Origin: Octopus vulgaris
Taxonomy: Eukaryota
Direction: 5' to 3'
Length of the DNA stretch: 64,000 nt
Assembly (NCBI GenBank): GCA_951406725.2
Contig: OX597832.1
Location: forward strand, 56,668,001 to 56,732,000
The notes beneath the pieces are model-generated. The model worked only from the letters and a program-made list of their open reading frames with translations, was not told the origin of the DNA and searched no databases. Made by a program: the position numbers and the translations under genes. Positions 15,193 through 28,879 of the stretch are shown piece by piece. The first letter of the stretch is position 1; every line of letters begins with the position of its first letter.

Positions 15193-15840
15193 ATCATTAC
15201 CACCACCACCATCATCATCATCACCATCACCACCACCATCATCATCACAATCACCATCACCACCACCATCACCACCACCACCACCACCATCACCATCATC
15301 ATCATCATTTAATGTTCATTTTCCATGCTGGCATGTGTTGGATGGTTTGTCAGTTCCTGGCAAGGCCAGGGCCCACACTGACTTCTGTACATCTGTTTCG
15401 GCATGGTTTCATTGACTGGATGCCCTTCATAATGCCAACCACTTTGCACGATGTGTTGGGTGGTTTTTATGTAGTGTCAGCATGGGTACCTTTTCCATGA
15501 CACCAGCAGAGATGCTGTTTATGTGGTACCAGTGTAAGGAATTTAATACACACATGCACCAACACAAATACATAGATGGCCCTCTAGTGTTGGCGCCATG
15601 ATAAAGTATGTCTAGTGCACTGAAATGGTTGGTGCTTGGAAGGGCATTCAGCCTTAGAAATCATGCTAAAAATTAGGAGTGCATGAATTAGATGTGGTTC
15701 CCAATTCATCTCGGAGAAAACACTGACCCCTCAATAAGAACTGACTCATACAGTGATGATCTGACCAACCCATTCTGCATGAAGAAGCCAATGCTAATGG
15801 AGGTGGTGATGGTGGTGACGACGGGGGAAAATAATGATAG

Positions 15841-15873
<33 letters not shown>

Positions 15874-17041
15874 CGACGACGATGAAGAAAATATATTCAA
15901 TAACATTCTTCACCTTTTAAAAGATGCTAATATTGATGTTAGTAAGACTTTCTTCAGGCTTCCAGAGACTTCCAATACCAAAATTATATTGGAAAGAGAG
16001 AAGAAAAGGGATGAGACGAAATGGAAAAGCCAAAAGAGGCAAATATTGTTAAATGGATCTCCAATTTCTCTGACCAAACCTAAAGAACCAATATTTCTTT
16101 ATTAACAAACTAAAATCACTAATGAAATAAAAACAAATAACACAAATAAATAAACCTATTCGTTTTTGCTTTTTTTTTCAGAACGTAATGCCACAAGCTT
16201 CTTTTTCTTTTACATCTGATAAAAATTTTTTAAAAGCATTGAAAAAACACACGCACACACACACACACACACACAAAAATTACTTCAAATTTGCAGGTAT
16301 TGATGGACAACGTGTCAACATGGAATAATCCAACAGTTTTATAGCCTTAAAGAAAAATTTTAATACATACAAATATTTTGTAATTTAATTACAATACAAA
16401 ACAAACTTCCTTCTTTGTGTAATTTATATGATAAAAACGAAAATAAACCCCAAAAAAGCTGAACAGACAAAACTAAACTATATTTGAGAATATTTCAATG
16501 AAAGTAGAGTTTTTCACTAAATATAAAGCTTTTGTGGAAATTTGGAAATATAATTCTGTGTGTGTGCAGCTCAGATCCTGCTCACAGGAACCTTGGCTAT
16601 TTGATTTACTATATCCATTTCTGAAGGCTGTCAATACAGTCAATATTTTATACACTCTGCTGTGGTGTACCAGAAGGTCTTCTCTTAAACATTGTACTCC
16701 ATTAACGTCATAAGTAAATGGGACACGAGAGTGGGGGGTGGTGCTGGAATTGCTAAAGATTTGAAAATAAAATACAGATATAAAACAACAAAGTACTGTT
16801 TTGTTTTATTTTATTTCATTTCATTTTATTTTTTTTTTCCCCTCTCCAGAAATATCCTAAGATATGGAAATATATGTTAATATTTACACAGCAGTTACAG
16901 AAATCTTTTAACACTCCAAGAGGATGCTGGGAAATAAGTAGTGGACAGTTTGTAATTCTTGGTTGATGCTATTAAACATCATTTCTGCTAGTAATGCTTT
17001 TAGGAAAAGCATGAACATCACAGTCTCCTATTTCTCTTTCC

Positions 17042-17042
<1 letters not shown>

Positions 17043-17096
<54 letters not shown>

Positions 17097-17346
17097 CACA
17101 AACACACATACACACCAAACATTCATGCACACACCACACACACTCATGTACACACCACACACACTCATGTACACACCACACACACACACATGCATACAAA
17201 CACATGCACATCAGACACACATGCACACACCACACACCACACACACACACACTATTCACTACACACCACACACACACACTATACACTACACACCACACAC
17301 ATACACAAACATGCACACTATACACCACACACAAACACACACACAC

Positions 17347-17380
<34 letters not shown>

Positions 17381-17545
17381 CACACACACACACACCACAC
17401 ACACACAAATACACACACACACCAGACACAGACCACACATACATACACAACACACAGCACACACACAGACACACACCACACCACACATACACACAATAAA
17501 CCACACACACCACACACAGACACACACCAAACACACACACACACA
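17043..17545. repeat. (CA)n-derived compound microsatellite
   Basis: Directly visible. Confidence 0.95.
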
Positions 17546-17599
17546 CGAGATAATTGGTCAAGTATGTAACAAGAAAAGAAGTATATTCCTGTTTCAATA

Positions 17600-18135
17600 T
17601 TGAAACAGGTCATCTGTCTTTAAGTAATGAGTTCAAATTCCGCCAAGGTCGACTTTATCTTTGGTCCTTTCAGGGTCGATGAATTAAGTACCAGTTGCGT
17701 ACTGGAGTCGATTTAATCGACTGGCTCCCATCCCCAAAACTTTTGGGCCTTGTGTCTAGAGTAGAAAAGAATATCAGTGAAACAGGTTGTCAGTTTTTAC
17801 TTTCTGAGTTCAAATTCCGCCGAGGTCAACTTTGCCTTTGATCCTTTTGGGGTCAATAAATTAAGTACCAGTTGCATACTGGGGTCGATGTAATCGACTG
17901 GCTCCCTACCCCCAAAACTTTAGGGCCATGTGTCTAGAGTAGAAAAGAATGTCATTGAAATAGGTCATCTTTATGTTCTGAGTTCAAATTCTGCGGAGGT
18001 CGACTTTGCCTTTGATCCTTTTGGGGTCGACAAATTAAGTACCAGTTGCATAATGGGGTCGATGTTATCGATTGGCCCCCTCCCCAAAAATTTCGGGCCT
18101 TGTGCCTAGAGTAAAAGAGAATATCATCGAAATAG
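17600..18135 (+). mobile_element. Three tandem headless SINE B units
   Basis: Three copies of gagttcaaattc...tagagtagaaaagaat separated by tgaaacaggt-like spacers. Confidence 0.85.
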
Positions 18136-18159
18136 GAATATACTTTTTATACACACATG

Positions 18160-18208
<49 letters not shown>

Positions 18209-18654
18209 CTTTTACACTTTTCATCTGCCAAACTCACCCACAAGCCATTTGCCAGGGTAAAGCTATAATAGAAGGCAGATCCTTGCATGAGGTGCTGTGT
18301 AGTAGGACTGACCCTGGAACCACTTGGACGAGCCATGAAGATCTTAACCAGGGGCCTTAATTTCACTTCACTTTCAGTTAACTTAAGATGTAAGCTTCCA
18401 GCTTTGCAGCCTGGTTTTGGTTCCCGGCGACAGTGATTCCACTTCATTTTCAACTAATTTAACAAAGGTGTTAGCTTTCACTGAACCAGCTCTATGACCT
18501 GGTTTTGATTCCCAGTGGTAGTAATTTCGCATCATTTTTTGCATAATTCATCAGGAAACACATGAATATTACACTATCTCATTTCTCCTTCCACACAAGG
18601 TAAAAAAAAAATGAGAGAAGCCTTTTATTTTATATAACAAATGAATGATTTATG

Positions 18655-18733
18655 AAGAAGAAGAAGAAGAAGAAGAAGAAGAAGAAGAAGAAGAAGAAGA
18701 AGAAGAAGAAGAAGAAGAAGAAGAAGAAGAAGA
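18655..18733. repeat. (GAA)n microsatellite
   Basis: Directly visible. Confidence 0.98.
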
Positions 18734-19224
18734 AAATAAAACAAAATGGAAAGTGAGAGATCAGTATGATTGAAACAAACCATTATTAAGAAAAAAAAAG
18801 TATTCAGATAAAACTGTTTCATTTAAACAAAGAAGAAAAATAGAAAGAAAGAAGAATGCACTAAGGTAAATAGCAACAGTAACAACAAGTAAACGAATGA
18901 ATGAGTGAGGGGGGGGAAGGAAGAGAATAAAAAAAAAAGGAAATCAATCTTTCGAATGAAATACTGCCAGACTTCAGAATTGGAAATTCAGAAGAGAAAA
19001 TGGATATATGGCGATTATTGTATCTGGAGAGAGAGATTAAGAGTAGGAGAGAGAGAGGGGGAGGGAGAGATACAAAGGAAATAAATAAAGAAAGAAAAAT
19101 ATAAATATATAAATGAATAAAATAAAGCACAATAAAACATGCCCCAAGACACAAAAAAAAAGGTAAGATGAAAAAAGATTGTTTAAAGAGAAACCATTTT
19201 TCCAGTGACAGGAGTGGAAAATCA

Positions 19225-19288
19225 AATAAATAAATAAATAAATAAACAACACTAACAACAACAACAATAATAATAATAATATCAATAA

Positions 19289-19328
<40 letters not shown>

Positions 19329-19391
19329 GAGTAGTAAATAATAATAGTAATAATAATAATAATGACAATAATAATAATAATGACAATAATG

Positions 19392-19429
<38 letters not shown>

Positions 19430-19467
19430 TAATTATAATAATAATAATAATGATAACAATAATAATA

Positions 19468-19538
<71 letters not shown>

Positions 19539-19573
19539 AATAATAATAATAACAAATAATAATAATAATAATA

Positions 19574-19637
<64 letters not shown>

Positions 19638-19650
19638 GTAAATAATACTA
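19225..19650. repeat. (AAT)n microsatellite
   Basis: Directly visible. Confidence 0.97.
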
Positions 19651-20299
19651 GAAGCTAAAACAAAAAAAAGGTCCCCTCTCCTTTTTTCTTGAATAAAATA
19701 ACAAAAATCAATGGCAAGCACCAAGCAGTAATAAAGATGAGTAACATTTTAAAATGTTCAATGTCACCCTTTTTATACCCTTTCATACACCCTTTTTATT
19801 CAATGTCACCCTTTATTACAATAGTCTGTTGTTTTTGTTGTTATTGTTGTTGTAGTTGTGAGGGTTATATAGAGAAAATTATAGTAACTATTTTTATTTT
19901 TATTTTTATCTATATCTATATAAATATATATATATTTTTTTGTGTTCTTGGTTTAATGTTTAGTAATTCCAGGAAAATTGACAATATCACAGCATTAAGC
20001 GAAAAAAAAAAAAATAGAGACATAAAAATATAGAAATAAAAATAAAATAAAAATAAAATAAACAACAAAGAAAACAATTTAGAATTCTCTTTTTGCTGTT
20101 GTTGTTGTTGTTGTTGTTGTTATTGTTGTTATTTCACTGTTTATCAACACTCACTACAATCATTGAACGAGATTTAAAGAATTAATTATTTTTCAACATT
20201 TTAAATAAAAGAAATCAAAAAAAAAAAAGAAAAGATGGGGAGGGAATTATAGTCTAGGAATAAAATTAACTCCAAAACACATGTTTCTATAAATGTACT

Positions 20300-20558
20300 T
20301 GCATACAAATATATGCATACATGAATACAGATATACTAAAACCACACACAGACACCTACACACCTACACATATGCACACACACATACAACCTGGTGCATA
20401 CACATACATACTAAACTACATATATACTTCGAAGCACGTGTATCTATATAAATATACACACTTGTGCACATGCATACACACACACGCAAGTGCACATATA
20501 CCAAAGTACATACATACACCTGAAAGCAAATACAGAGATTGTATACACAAACACATGA

Positions 20559-20617
<59 letters not shown>

Positions 20618-20695
20618 CATATATACATACATATATATATACATATATATATATATATGTGTGTGTGAATATATATATATATATGTATGCATATG

Positions 20696-20763
<68 letters not shown>

Positions 20764-20784
20764 ATATACATATATATACACATA

Positions 20785-20854
<70 letters not shown>

Positions 20855-21013
20855 TACATATATATATACACACACATAAACACACACAAATATATAAAAG
20901 TACTATGCTACAGACATACATCTCAAAACATGTAGATATACATACTTGCATACACATACATGAATACATATACTAAACTGTATATGTCCATAGCTGCATG
21001 TATGTATCCATGA

Positions 21014-21061
<48 letters not shown>

Positions 21062-21150
21062 AACTATATACATACGTCAAGCTATACACACATGCTTGCT
21101 TTCACACATATTCATTCATTCATTCATTCATTCATTCATTCATTCATGTA
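20300..21150. repeat. (TA)n/(CA)n/(TTCA)n compound microsatellite
   Basis: Directly visible. Confidence 0.93.
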
Positions 21151-21834
21151 AACCACAAACAATAATCTATGCACGTATACACTAAATTGCACTAAATACA
21201 AGCATGTATAAATAGCATGGAAATAAACACATGTTGGAAAGTATATAGGCTCCCCACCAGCACCCCCAGCAACACTAGCACCCCCACAAAACACACATAC
21301 ACAAAGAAGCATGACTAAACATTATATAACACAGATGATCACACACTGAACCACACAGTCACCAAATCTTACATACACACAAAACCACACACACATACAC
21401 ACACACACATTTACTGTTCATGAATAAACTTTGGATAAAGCATATATACACATATCATACATCAACACAATAAACGTACAATTTGACTGCTTCATATATA
21501 TATAAATATATACACACACATATACACTTATACACACAGAGACGAATAGGCACATATACGCATACAGGCATGTACATACACATAGGCATATACTCCTGCA
21601 CAAAGGCAGACAATGACAGACAAAAACAGTCTGATCCTCAGCGGAAAGAAATCAGGGAAATGAAAGAAATGCAACAAAACAGATTGTTTGAAAATGCTTT
21701 TCATTTGAAGCAGTATTGGTTAGATAAGGGTGGGTTTGTTTATTGAGAAGGATCGGGTATGGGTAGTTCTTATAAATAGAAATATGTGTGTGAAATTATT
21801 TGGTCTTTGAATGGACAGAGACATCATAAGATTA

Positions 21835-22410
21835 AAGAGTGCTGTTTAGTGTTGCCAAGGACAAAGCTACACCACCAGTGCTGGTGCCATGAGAAAATGC
21901 AGCCAGGACACTGTATAAGGAAGGTGTTTACTGAATGAGTTGGATTGAGAGGCACATGATCCAGAAGAAGCTTTAGTCTTGTCAAGGACAAAGCTACCTC
22001 ATTAGCACTGGCACCATGGGAAGATATATCCAGGACATTGTGTAAGATGTTTAGTAAACGAGTTTGTGTATGACACAGGAACAAGAGGAAGCTTTAGTCT
22101 TTGCTAAGGACAAAGCTACCTCATTGGTGCTGGTGCATAAGATGTACCCAGGACACTGTGTAAAATGTTTAGTAAATGAGTTGGTGTATGGTGCAGGATT
22201 GAGAGTAAGTATTAGTCTTGCTAAGGACAAAGCTACCTCATTAGTTCTGGTGCATAAGATGTACTAAGGACATTGTGTAAAATGTTTAGTGAATGAGTCA
22301 GTGTATGGTGTAGGATGAAGAAGAACCTTTAGTCTTGTTGAGGACATGACTACTTCACTAGTGATGTTGACATAGTAAAATGCATTTAGTAAAATGGTTA
22401 GTAATAAAAG
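21835..22410 (+). repeat. Tandem repeat of about 120-bp units, about 4.5-5 copies
   Basis: tttagtcttgctaaggacaaagctac-like motif at about 21845, 21972, 22093, 22211 and 22328. Confidence 0.9.
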
Positions 22411-22585
22411 AGTTTTGATCCAGAGAAACTCAGCCAAAATAAACAGTATGAACAAGATGTGGCTTCCTGGCTCAACAAGGAGGGCAATAATTCCAAATAA
22501 GAAATGACTTTGGTCATGCGTTGGACAGATTGAACAGTGACAGGTCGTGATCCAAGGCGTTCCAGCCAGGGCCATCATCACGATC

Positions 22586-23113
22586 ATCGTTATTGTTTAA
22601 CATCCGCTTTCCATGATAGCATGGGTTAGATTGTTTGACTGAGGACTGGTGAGCCAGAAGGCTGCACCAGGCTTCAGTCTGATCTGGAAAGTTTCTACAG
22701 CTGGATGCCCTTCCTAATGCAAACCATTCTGAGAGTGTAGTGGGTGCTTTTACATGCCACCGGCATGAGGGCCAGTCAGGCAGTACTGGCAATGACCATG
22801 CTCAAATGATGCTTTTTATGTGCCACTTGCACAGAAGCCAGTCTGGCGGCACCGGCAATGACCACACTCAAATGGTGCAATTTTTTACATGCCACTGGTA
22901 TGGGAGCCAGTCAGCAGCCCTGGCAATGATCACACTCGAATGGTGCTTTTAACATTCCACTGGCACAAGTGCCAACCAGGCGGTACTGTCATCAGCCACG
23001 TCAGCAATTTTGATTTCACTTGCTTCAACAGGTCTTCGCAAGCATAGTTTATTGTCCAATGATTGAAGGGTACTCTTAAATGGGCTGGTTATACAGCACT
23101 GGCGTAGGCCACA
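22586..23113 (-). mobile_element. Family C copy with four internal tandem units
   Basis: gtttaacatccgctttccatg...ctggatgcccttcctaa, then repeated ggtgcttttacatgccac units; the 5' part matches 1651-1720. Confidence 0.8.
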
Positions 23114-24078
23114 GTTTTCCCTAGGGTTATATTATTTTTCAATGTGTCATAGTGTTACACATTAGAACATATCTATCTATCTATGTCGATACACATGCAT
23201 ATAGTATTAAGGATAATTCAGGACAAGAAAGGCAAGGGAGACAATTACCAAATCCCAAATAAATTTAAACTTGAAAAGGAGCATAGAATGCCGAATGAAT
23301 CATATCTTTGCTAAGTGTAGCAATAACTGCAAACATGTTCCAGTCTTATTAGACCTCGTCAGTTGAAGTCTTACAAGCAACAGGCTTCAGAAGGTCTAAA
23401 AGATTTTTAGCAAGTTCTGAATGCCAACAAGGGTCTTACGAAGAATACCATTGTTTATGCTTACTGTTAGGCCTCAATAAGCATGGTATAGTCTGGATGT
23501 TGCAGTGACCGCTTCGCCAGACAGGTAGAGTATTTACTATAAGTATCTGACATCATTCTAGATGCTAGACAATCAATAATAATAATGATGATGATGATGA
23601 TAATGATGAAGATGGTGGTGGTGGTGATGATGAACATGATGATGATGATGATGATAAAAATAATAATAGATATGATATTAAAAGAATTACTTCCAAATCA
23701 CAAGGTATTTGTGGATCTCAGTGATGGAAAGAGAGTGAGAGGGAGGGAGAGAAGGGGGGAGAGAGGGAGAGAGAGAAGGAGAGAGAGATAGAGAGAGAGA
23801 AACTCGGTTTATTCATAATCAATGAGAAGAACATCAGTAATGAAGTTTGGGTCACAAAATATAGAGGGAAAAAAAAATAAATAAAAAAATAAAGCAGAAG
23901 ATAAAATGGTGGCAGCAGTGGTGGTGGGATGAGGTGTATGTATGTGTGTGTGAGGGGTCGGGGGGAGGGAGGGAGGTAGAACACTTTCCCTGCACACAAT
24001 ATGCATTGATTATGTATGAGGATGGAGAACAAAGCAACATGAATTAAGGCAGACAGAAGAAAAATGGCTTAGAAAATC

Positions 24079-24146
24079 ACACCATAAATGGTGGAGTGTT
24101 TTATATATATATATGTATATATAAAACACTCCACCATTTATGGTGT
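24079..24146. repeat. Perfect hairpin, about 30-bp arms, (TA)n centre
   Basis: acaccataaatggtggagtgttttatata ... tatataaaacactccaccatttatggtgt. Confidence 0.95.
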
Positions 24147-24621
<475 letters not shown>

Positions 24622-24788
24622 CACATATTATGCACACGTACACAAACTGGCCATTTTTGCCCTCTCCTGCCTTCAAAACCACCGTCTCTATCTCTGCATT
24701 TCCAGTCAGTTATTTTTCAGCCATGTAACTACACATACTTTTCTCAGACTATTCTTTCCCTCCTCTACAGACATTTTCCTCCTTCCTC

Positions 24789-24820
24789 TTTCTGACGAAG
24801 AACTATGCTCGAAACGTCAA
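24789..24820 (+). ncRNA. Minimal hammerhead-like motif in a pyrimidine-rich Penelope-like fragment (about 24640-24925)
   Basis: ttt CTGACGA a gaac tat gctc GAAA cg TC aa; core intact, one stem II mismatch, stem I only 2 bp. Confidence 0.5.
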
Positions 24821-24924
24821 CCCCCACCTCTTTCCTCCACCTAAAGCTTTCTCTGAGCATCAGCTTACTACATTCACTGTTGTGGCTATATACAATGTCA
24901 CACAATAACCAACTGTTTATTTAT

Positions 24925-25016
24925 CAATCTATCTATCTATCTATCTATCTATCTGTCTATCTGTTTGTCTACCTACCTACCTACCTACCTACCTACCTAC
25001 CTACCTACCTACCTAC

Positions 25017-25054
<38 letters not shown>

Positions 25055-25230
25055 GTCTGTCCGTCTGTGTCTATCTATTTATCAATCTATCGATCTATCT
25101 ATTTGTCTCTCCATACGTCCGTCCGTCCGTCCATCTGTTCTTCTGTCCCTCCGTTCATCCGTCTGTCCGTCCATCCGTCCATCCGTCCATCCATCCATCC
25201 GTCAGTCAGACTGTCTGTCCATCCATCCAT
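24925..25230. repeat. (CTAT)n/(CTAC)n/(CCGT/CCAT)n tetranucleotide arrays
   Basis: Directly visible. Confidence 0.95.
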
Positions 25231-25388
25231 CTTGTGGTGGACCAGGGGGTTGGTGAGGAGCATGTGCCGCCACTCAAGGAAAGAAGTGCGCCCTTCTAAA
25301 TAATGTCATTATGCCTTTTTATCTTGATATTGTATTCCTTCTGACCTAAGAAACATTCCTGGGACCGTGCCTTGTATCTATCTATCTA

Positions 25389-25459
<71 letters not shown>

Positions 25460-25661
25460 GTCTGTCTACCAATCTATCTATGATCCTACCTGTCTATCTA
25501 AATCTGCCCCTTTAGCTAACTATCTTCATATCTACTTATCTTCTCTCTCTCTCTCTAAACACACAGACATATATATTCTTTTATTCTTTTACTTGTTTCA
25601 GTCATTTGGCTGCAGCCATGCTGGAGCACTGCCTTGATGTATGTATGTGTATTTATATACA

Positions 25662-25707
<46 letters not shown>

Positions 25708-25811
25708 AATATCAAGAGAGAGAGAGAGCGAGAGAGAGACAGAGAACCTATGCCAGCATGAAAACAGACGTATGATGATGATGCTGCTGCTGCTGCTGCT
25801 GAGGATGATGA

Positions 25812-25866
<55 letters not shown>

Positions 25867-25915
25867 CAGACAGGCAGAGACAGAGAACCTATACCAGCAT
25901 GAAAATAGACGTTAA

Positions 25916-25959
<44 letters not shown>

Positions 25960-26750
25960 ATATATATGCAAGTGGGCAACTGGGTTTGGGTAAAAGAAAA
26001 TACAGGAGGATCGGTTAATTATGGTTTTATTCAACATATTCCCCTCTCAGATTCACACACTTATTGCAGTGGTCCTTCAGTTTTTCTAAACCCTGTGAAA
26101 GATTTTTGGAATGTTGGGCCTCCAACAAGTCCTTTTGTAGTACCCCTAAAGTGAGGATCTTTTCAGCACTCACTCATTTATCCATGAATCTATGTAACTA
26201 TCTACCTACATATCTGTGTGTGTTTAGCTACCCATTCACTAACACAAACCAGTCACAAGGAAAAAAGTATTCAAAATATAGATTTAATGATAATGTGTGT
26301 GTGTGTATGTGTGTTATTTGATGCTCTAGTGTGTTTGGTTTTTAATTTCCTTTTCATGTCCCTTCTAATTAAATAAATGTCATATCTAATGAATGAATAG
26401 TCTTTTCTTTAATTTGATTCCTGAGAAAAGCAGCTGGAAAAGAGTATCACAGATGTAGAAGCAGTGTAATTTATTTCCATTATTCTGTAAAATCATGTCT
26501 GATCATGAAGAAATATTACCTCACCTTAATTGGAAACAGGGGTGTGAGTTGGTGACAGTAAAGGCACACAGCTGCAGAAAAATCTCCTTAATAAAAACCC
26601 TCCATGTGACCCGTGCAAGCAGGGTAAAATATGGATGTTAAAATGATGCTGAAGATCATGACAATGAGATGTGTGTGTGTGTGTATAAGAGCCGGCCATT
26701 ACCTGCATGGTTTGGCGTTACCAAACATGTACCCTGCTTATTGTTAAGTA

Positions 26751-27314
26751 TTGGATTGTCCGGAAAGTTTGTGCTGATTTTTAAAAGAAATTAAAGGTCA
26801 ATAAATACTTGCCATTACAATTTCAAATAACCAAATATGAACCATTTTATTACACAATGTGTCTCCATCTTTCCTTTAACTTAAAAATACCCTCTTTCAG
26901 AATTTAGGTGGTTTCATGGCAAAGAATTTATCAAGGTATCTTTTTACGTCATCCAAGGAATTGAAATTTTTACTATTAAGACTATTCTGCAGAGACCTGA
27001 ATAAGTGGAAATCTGAAGGAGCAATATCTGGTGAATATGGAGGGTGGGGTAACACATCCCAGCCAAGCTGCAGCAATTTTTGTCTGGTTCCCAAAGCATC
27101 AAGTGCCGAAAATGAACTTTCTTATCTTCCATTTTAAAGGGTTACAGAATTAACACAGGTTATAGGAACATAAGCTTTCTTCCATGAAAATATAGCTTAA
27201 ACTGTGCTCTAAATGGAGGTGTAGTCAAATCCTATTTTATGGACTCAACCATGTTCTAAAATAAGTCAAAAGGTAAGCTATTATAAATTGGCAAGAACTT
27301 TCCGGACAACCCAA
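26751..27314 (-). mobile_element. Internally deleted mariner transposon (transposase pseudogene)
   Basis: TIRs ttggattgtccggaaagtt / aactttccggacaacccaa flanked by TA; ORF 26897-27094 encodes LGWDVLPHPPYSPDIAPSDFHLFRSL (mariner YSPDLAPxD motif); N-terminal MEDKKVHFRHLMLW fused directly upstream. Confidence 0.93.
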
Positions 27315-27329
27315 TATTTAGTTACATTT

Positions 27330-27558
27330 GTAGTTGTGAGTGGATAGGCATCAACTTTGATCCAACAGCACATTCTGGACCATGAGAGCAGGAAGGAGAA
27401 AGAGCTGCTACAATACTAAACCGATACTAATTTCTCTGAGTAGACTGAAGCAATGTGAAACAGAGAGCTTGGCTCAAAGACATGATGTTACAAAAACCTA
27501 ATCCAGAATCTGAACCTATGACATTATGAATTTGTGCCACAAAGCCTTGCACCTCCAC
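27330..27558 (-). mobile_element. Degenerate CORE-type SINE (family F)
   Basis: ctgagtagactgaagcaatgtgaaa...cttggctcaaagaca, similar to 55450-55500. Confidence 0.5.
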
Positions 27559-27621
27559 ACACATGTGTTTGTGTGTACATTTATGTATGTGTGTATTCCC
27601 TCTATTTAACTCTCTCTTATT

Positions 27622-27669
27622 GTCTCTGATGAAGGGAAATCCCTAATATCCAAGAAACAGCTGTAAGAC
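27622..27669 (+). ncRNA. Minimal type-I hammerhead ribozyme-like motif
   Basis: gtct CTGATGA agggaaatccctaatatccaa GAAA cagctg TA agac: intact core, 4-bp stem I, self-complementary ACAGCTGT stem III, GUA site; stem II irregular. Confidence 0.65.
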
Positions 27670-27760
27670 TTTCTCTTTATAAATGTCTTTAAAATTCCAC
27701 ATAGCTTTGACTTGGTTGTCTCATTTCATTTAACATATGTATGTTTATGTGTGTATGTAT

Positions 27761-27950
27761 ATTTGACTGTGGCCATGCTGGAGCACTGCCTTTAGTCGAG
27801 TAAATCGACCCCAGGACTTATTCTTTGGAAGCCTAGTACTTATTTTATCAGTCTCTTTTGCCGAACCGCTAAGTTATGGGGACGTAAACACACCAGCATC
27901 GGTTGTCAAGCGATGTTGGGGGACAAACACAGATGCACAAACATATACAG

Positions 27951-27999
<49 letters not shown>

Positions 28000-28100
28000 T
28001 ACGACGGGCTTCTTTCAGTTTCCATCTACTAAATCCACTCACAAGGCTTTGGTTAGCTCGAGGCTATAGTAGAAGACACTTGCCCAAGGTGCCACACAGT
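27761..28100 (-). mobile_element. SINE family A
   Basis: ggccatgctggagcactgcctttagtcg...agaagacacttgcccaaggtgccac. Confidence 0.85.
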
Positions 28101-28879
28101 AACAGCTTTTGTTATATTTCTGCTGCTTTTAAATAAAGTATATATAGGTATATATTGTATTATATATATACACATATATATATTATATTATATATACACA
28201 TATATAACATATATGTATGTATGTAAGTATATATATATAGTGTCAGGCAAATTGGGATATAGTTTTTTCATACCAAAAATCTTTGTCTCTGTCACCAATC
28301 AAGGAAATCTATATTTTAGAAGTTTACCATTCCTTTTCCTGATTTTCGTACAGGAATGATGCTAGTTTGGTTTTAATTCCAATCTTGTATTCCGTTACTG
28401 TTCCTCTTACCTGCTCACTTTACTTCCTTACTCTTTCTCTCTCTCTCCTCTCCATTTACTCTTGAAATCATTTCTCTGGCAAACACACACAGATAGATAG
28501 ATACATATACATATACAAATAGACACATACATATATATATATACATACATACACATACACACATATGTACAGACAGACTCAGACGCACACACGCACATTG
28601 TTGCAGCTAATCTTATAAATAAGAGATGACTCATATCAACAATTGTAATGGTATCTGATTAATTCCAGATCTCTGACAGAAAATGGAGGAACTGGTGTGC
28701 TAACGTGCGTCTCTCAACATCTAACACATGACTGAGGTTCGCTGTTGTTTGTTTGTTTGTGGTGTGTTTTTGTTTTACCTTTTGGCTTTTGTCTTTGCCA
28801 TTACCCCCTCCCACCACCACCACCACCACCACCACCTCCACCTCCACCACTGAACTGAATTGACTTCATACGCAGACTT

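Noticed and set aside
18520-18560. Minus-strand CTGATGA...GAAA
   Set aside because: No stem I or convincing stem II pairing; probably chance
21835-22410. CRISPR-like regular spacing (also the family C units)
   Set aside because: Whole units are homologous, with no unique spacers and no cas genes, in a eukaryotic context
28659-28850. Possible exon near ttccag at 28669, or the minus-strand ORF
   Set aside because: Short, partly microsatellite, with no recognisable protein similarity or paired splice sites
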